64,000 nt of DNA, from contig OZ024757.1 in the NCBI GenBank assembly GCA_964016885.1, positions 31,434,001 to 31,498,000 of the forward strand, in the 5' to 3' direction. The notes below the pieces were generated by a model. It was not told the DNA's origin and made no database searches. It saw only the letters and a program-made list of their open reading frames with translations. This document shows positions 58,363-64,000 of the stretch, piece after piece. A program made the position numbers and the translations under genes. Each line of letters begins with the position of its first letter. Positions within the stretch are counted from its first letter, which is position 1. Origin of the DNA: Eledone cirrhosa (lineage: Eukaryota).

Positions 58363-58533
58363 ATAATTATCTTATGTTGTTTATTACATAATAAGCTCTG
58401 TACCCTACATAGAGCACTCTTTTTTCCTGTACCTTCCCCGACGGAAATACTTCATTTATTTATTTATAAATATATATATATTATCCTTATTGTGCCCTCT
58501 TCGGATTTTGGTCTTCATATTTATTATTATTAC

Positions 58534-58565
<32 letters not shown>

Positions 58566-58617
58566 CGTAGAGAGAGAGAAAATAAATCTACTGCAGATAA
58601 ATAAAAGGAATACTTGC

Positions 58618-59521
58618 AGGTGATTTGGGGATATCTGATCCAGAGTGACATGTGTCTTCTGTTTTCAACAACTGGTCAGTAGTCCTTGACAAGTCTGATG
58701 GATGGATGTCCACCAGCAAAGATTTCTTCCATGTATGGAGTCCATAGGAGGCTCCAACACTCCGTCGTCTCATGTCAGGAACTAATAAATTCTGTGGGTT
58801 ATCAATGGAAATACGATCTAGTTCTTGGAGGTGCTGTATATTGGTAGGTCGGGATGCCCGTCCATCATGAAAGCTAAAACAACGAGGTCGTGGGACATGA
58901 TCAATTCGCGGTGCCAAATCATCTGTGCCTGCAGAGTCTGATCGTGGCCGAGAGTGTGGTGAACTCGGTGAAGAGCTATATTGGAAGTGTAAATCTCGAT
59001 CTGGCATAGGACTTCCCCGAGAGCTGCTTGTGTTTGAGTCGACAGTAGCAATGGACACAAAGTCTCTGTTATTCAGATACTGTTGGTGTTCCTCAGGAAT
59101 CGGACTGCTCGCTGCACTGTTTGAAATCGAAGGGGGTTTACTGTCACCATGGATTGCAGCACGTTTCTCAAGCCTGTCGCTAAGTTTGCTCACCACTTTA
59201 ATTAGATTTTCACGGTCAAGAGTATAGGTCCTTCTCCGACTCACCACACTGTCATCGACACGGTGCAATTTTGAGCGTGGCACCGTGTCACGATCTAGTG
59301 TATGGCATCTCTGTCGTGGCTGGTCAGAAATAAAATTATACCGGGACTCATCACGAAGAAACAGACCATACGGTGTCTGCAGGAAAACCTGTGATAATTG
59401 GTTGCTATTTTTTAAAGGCTGTTTTTGTGCTGTTAATAAATTCGGTTCAACACTGGCCCTCATTGGGCAACTATCCAAAGGATTTGGCGCACACAATGAA
59501 TCAGTACCACAGTTCATTTGG
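58618..59521 (-). CDS. E75: Coding exon of putative E75/NR1D-like gene (Ser/Arg-rich region, QMNCGTDS...DIPKSP)
   Basis: Non-repetitive 309-aa ORF 58588-59517. Acceptor ttctctctaattgtAG at 59522-59523. The nearby donor that gives phase 0 is CCT|GCAAGT (GC donor). Confidence 0.8.
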
Positions 59522-59756
59522 CTACAATTAGAGAGAAAAAAGAAACATCAATAAATAATTACTGCCAATCACACAATGTGTGTGTGTTTGTGAATGTGTG
59601 TGTAAAAGGAAGGAAGGGGATGGCAAAAAAGAAAAATATAGGAAAACAACACCTGGTGTTCCATTTGCTATGCTGTGTGTGTTTGTGTAAATGTATGTGT
59701 GTGTGTGTGTGTGTTTGTGTAAATGTATGCGTGTGTGTGTGTTTGTGTAAATGTAT

Positions 59757-60205
59757 GTCGCGATGCTGCATGGTAGTGAGACATGGGCAGCAACCGCAGA
59801 GGATATGCGACGGCTGGAGAGAAATGAGGCAAGCATGCTCCGTTGGATGTGCAGTGTAAATGTGCGTGAACGACCCAGTATAAATGTGTTGAGAGAGAAA
59901 CTGTGTCTGAGAGGGATAGAATGTAGTGTACGGGAGAGGAGACTGAGGTGGTATGGACATGTGATGCGCATGGAGGATGACCGATGGGTGAAGAAGTGCC
60001 AGGAAATGCCAGTTGAAGGAAGACGTGGTAGAGGTAGACCACGAAAAACATGGGCGGAGGTGGTGAGAACAGACCTCAGATCATTGAAGCTCACGGCGGA
60101 GATGACGAGGGACCGTGACGAGTGGAGAGATGCTGTGCTGAATAAGACCCGTCCCACCCTTGCAAGCAGGGAAAAGCGGACGTAAAATGATGATGATGAT
60201 GATGA
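59757..60205 (+). mobile_element. RTE-clade LINE 3' end (open frame to stop, (ATG)n tail), intronic and antisense to the gene
   Basis: MLHGSETW...RRLERNEASMLRWMC...RRLRWYGHVMRM...VEGRRGRGRPRKTW...DRDEWR. Confidence 0.9.
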
Positions 60206-60885
60206 TTCGTGTGATTGTGTGTGCTTGTGTAAATGTATGTCTGAGAGTGTGTATTTTCGTATGTCTGTGTTTGCGTGTTTATATTTATATACTTATACAG
60301 ATAAATGTATGCATATTCACATACACATTCGCACACATATGTATCAGCATGTTGAAATAAATTCTAGTGAAATGAAATTTACAGCTCACACCCATGTATT
60401 TTTAGCAGGCCTCCTTTAAGGTTGCATGTTATAGGTTTCTCAGGTCTTTTAATGATGGGGGCCTCTAGTCTTAACAGGTTGTGACTTATAGGTTTCAAAG
60501 ATGTTTCAATGATAGGGACCCCAGACCTATCATACACATGTATGTAGGACTAGTTGGGCTCCTCCGAATTTAATAAATATTGCCTGTCCAGGTAATCAAA
60601 GTGTGTATACATTTTGGGGAGACACCCTGTATATATATGTATACACGATAGGAACCTCCGGTGCTAACAGGTTGTGACTTATAGGTTTCAAAGATATTTT
60701 AATGATAGGGACCCCAGACCTATCATACACATGTATGTAGGACTAGTTGGGCTCCTCCGAAGTTAATAATAAATAAATATTGTCTATCCAGGTAACCAAA
60801 GTGTGTATACATTTTTTTTGGGGGGGGACACCCTGTGTATATATGTATACACATGTATGTGTGCGCTGTTGTCTGAAATACTTAC

Positions 60886-60979
60886 CCACATTCCGGCCGG
60901 ACATCATCCACCTCCATATGTTGCTGCTCAGGACTAAACACTTGTTCCTGCATGTCGCAGTAGTTGGACTTTTCTTCAG
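60886..60979 (-). CDS. E75: Coding exon (first visible) of putative E75/NR1D-like nuclear receptor gene; (x)EEKSNYCDMQEQVFSPEQQHMEVDDVRPECG
   Basis: Acceptor tttcatttcAG and donor GG|GTAAGT. The 94-nt exon ends in phase 2 and joins the next exon in frame (GG+C = Gly, then QMNCG). Upstream exons lie outside the window. Gene identity is inferred from motifs in downstream exons. Confidence 0.7.
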
Positions 60980-61279
60980 CTGAAATGAAACAAACACAAA
61001 ATCATTCAGACGTAAATGTTTGAGAATTTTAAAAATTAATTTACGTAAAGGATTAGAATGCAGGTAGAGCCACTATTTCTCACAGATCCAGTGCTACACG
61101 TATCATCATCATCATCAACGTCATCATCATCAGGAGCATCATTTAACATCCATTTTACACGCTAACATGGGTTAGACGGGTTGTCCTATTAGGTGTACGT
61201 TGGATCACGTGACCATGTTTTGCTGATAAAGGACTGTTTTGGGGTGGATTTCTACGGCTGGCTGACCTTCCTAATGCCA

Positions 61280-61492
61280 ATCACATTTACAGTGTGGGTC
61301 GGGTGCTTTTTGTCGTGATCCCAACACGGCCACCACTTTACAGTGTGGTCTGCGTGCTTTTTGTCGTGACCCCTACACGACCACTTTACAGTGTGGGGCT
61401 GGGTTCTTTTTGTCGTTACCCTTACACGACCACTTTACAGTGTGGGGCTGGGTGCTTTTTGTCGTGACCCCTACACGACCACTTTACAATGT
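61280..61492. repeat. ~49-bp tandem repeat (4 copies) grown from SINE interior
   Basis: ccactttacagtgtggggctgggtgctttttgtcgtgacccctacacga. Confidence 0.85.
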
Positions 61493-61994
61493 AGAATATC
61501 TAAAGAAATAATTGCTGGACAGATTTTATGGGCAAAGCTAACCAGGACACCCAGGATTAGACCATGAATAAACAAGATGGTTGGATAACATCCATGAGTT
61601 TGGTTAGTTTCACTTGGAGATCTAGCCGCACAACACACTCACACCAACAGACAACACACCAACACAACCACCACACACAAAGCAACATCATCACCACAAG
61701 AAGCGACGTGTGACTCTACGTCCCCACTGCAGTTCCACGCAGAGTTATAACACCATAACAGACCAATAATACCTTATCGCGTTCATTAAATGTAAACAAA
61801 AATATACGTCTATAAAGGGAAGTAAGCATATATTGGCTTGATTGAAAGAGTTCTCTCCCATGTAAAAATTAGTGAGCAACATAATCTATTTTTGACTCGT
61901 TTACATATTTCAGTCATTAGCCTGCGGCCATGCTAGAGCGCCGCCATGATTTAGTCGATCATATCGAATAGCTTAATTACGACACACTCACATA

Positions 61995-62032
<38 letters not shown>

Positions 62033-62183
62033 TATATATATATACATGTAAAAGTTAAACAGAAATAACAAAGCAGACGACAGTAAATTGAAGAAATATG
62101 TTAGTTTAACGCTTGAAATAACAGAAACAGGGTCTTCACGTTTAGGACATATGTGCAGACACATCTAAACTTCGACTCTTTTA

Positions 62184-62215
<32 letters not shown>

Positions 62216-62609
62216 TATGAATTAATATTAACTCCGGAAAACCATCGATTGAGTGCTTCCAAACTATTGTAAAACTCATTCTTTGATTTATTCATTGAAC
62301 CTTGTTTAACCTTTAAATATATATATATGTATATATGTTAAAATAACAGATTAAAGTTTAAGCAAAGAATCGCTGCTTTCACTCTTAACGGGTGAATATT
62401 TGCTCTACGGTTCTTATATATTTGATATATATTTATACTTATCGAGCCCTCTTTGGATTTTAGTCTTCAAATTTATTATTATTACTAATATATATATATA
62501 TATAATCATTTTGACGAATCAAGGAAAGTAGAAAAAAAAAAGAAAAACAAACCCTAAAATATATTTTCCGTGCTATTTCCAACTTCACCTTCTCCCCCAC
62601 CCCCCACCC

Positions 62610-62760
<151 letters not shown>

Positions 62761-63559
62761 ACGAAGGAAATGTGATAAGGAACCAGATGGACCATAACGC
62801 ACCAAAGTACTCAATACTTAGGGTAGTAGAGTGGGTAATAGGAACGAGTAGGTCCAGAATTAGCCGTCGAAACGGCTTGAGCTCAGCCGTCGTGGTCCTA
62901 CTCGTTCCTATATATATATAGCTTCTACAGAACGAGAACTGTTTCCTTCGAATGAAACAGTTCTAGTCCTGTAAAAGCCATTTCTATATTAAATATTATA
63001 TATACTCTATGTATTGAGTATCCTACCTCACTGTGTGTACCCCTGATTGATTGAACTCCCCCCCCCCCTCTCCACGCACACACTTTGTTTCGGTCGATCT
63101 CGTTATAAAGAATTTTTCGTTACAACGAATATTTTTTTTATACCCTGAGATTCCAACCAGGATGGTTTGCATATATACATACACTAAGATATTAAATAAA
63201 TGGAAACTATATTTATTTTATGATAAAATAAATATGGTTTTATAAATAGTTTCCATTTATTTAATATCTTGGAATATTTACTCCACTCATCAGTTGAGTG
63301 CTCTAAATCAGTTATAACCATTTATGTTTGTCGGAATTCCAACAAATTAAATACAAATTCTACACACATATACACACATACACACGCACAATATGACGGG
63401 ATTCTGCAGTTCCTGTCTACCAAAATCCACCCGGAAGACATTGGTCAAGCCAATCCGGATGAAATCTTTGATGTCATGTGTATCCGATTTATAATCCTTG
63501 TCCGTGTGTCATCAGAGGTGACTAAACAGGTGGGTGTCAGGGGAAACACTTGGTTGTAA

Positions 63560-64000
63560 TACACACACTCACACATACTGAGTCACACACATACTGAGTC
63601 ACACACACACACACTGAGTCACACACACACTGAGTCACACTCAACCACATTCACACACACACACACTCACAACCACATTCACATTCACACACTCAACCAC
63701 ATTCACACACACTCAACCACATTCACACACAAACACAAACCACATTCACACACACTCAACCACATTCACACACACACACACACAACCACATTCATACTCA
63801 CATACAACCACACATACATACACACATACACATACATACATTACTCACTCATACTCACCACACCACACACTCACACAACCACACATACACACTCGCATAA
63901 CCACACACCGACACCACACACACTCACACCGACACCACACACACTCACATAACCACACACACTCACATAACCACACACACACCGACACCACACACACTCA
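63560..64000. repeat. Degenerate CA-rich minisatellite
   Basis: cacacactcaaccacatt units. Confidence 0.9.

Overview
AT-rich, repeat-dominated animal genomic DNA. The tRNA-derived SINE families and huge (TA)/(CA) microsatellite tracts suggest an octopod cephalopod (inference). Most of the long ORFs in the track are microsatellite translations. One real gene is visible: the 3' part of a minus-strand gene with four coding exons (60886-60979, 58618-59521, 55303-57572, 53792-53921). These splice in frame into about 1130 aa of low-complexity, poly-Q protein, and one join needs a GC-AG intron. Four short motifs in the same order as in the insect E75 C-terminal (F) region suggest an E75/NR1D nuclear receptor whose DBD/LBD exons lie beyond the right edge. 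The rest is SINEs, LINE 3' fragments (CR1/L2, RTE, CRE-like), piggyBac- and mariner-type MITEs, satellites, a foldback-like array and a telomere-like array bounded by inverted repeats. The most striking unannotated signal is about a dozen type-I hammerhead ribozyme motifs, several with complete stems I/II/III. They sit in short non-coding elements between (TA)n tracts, often as inverted pairs, and one pair lies inside the gene's GC-AG intron.
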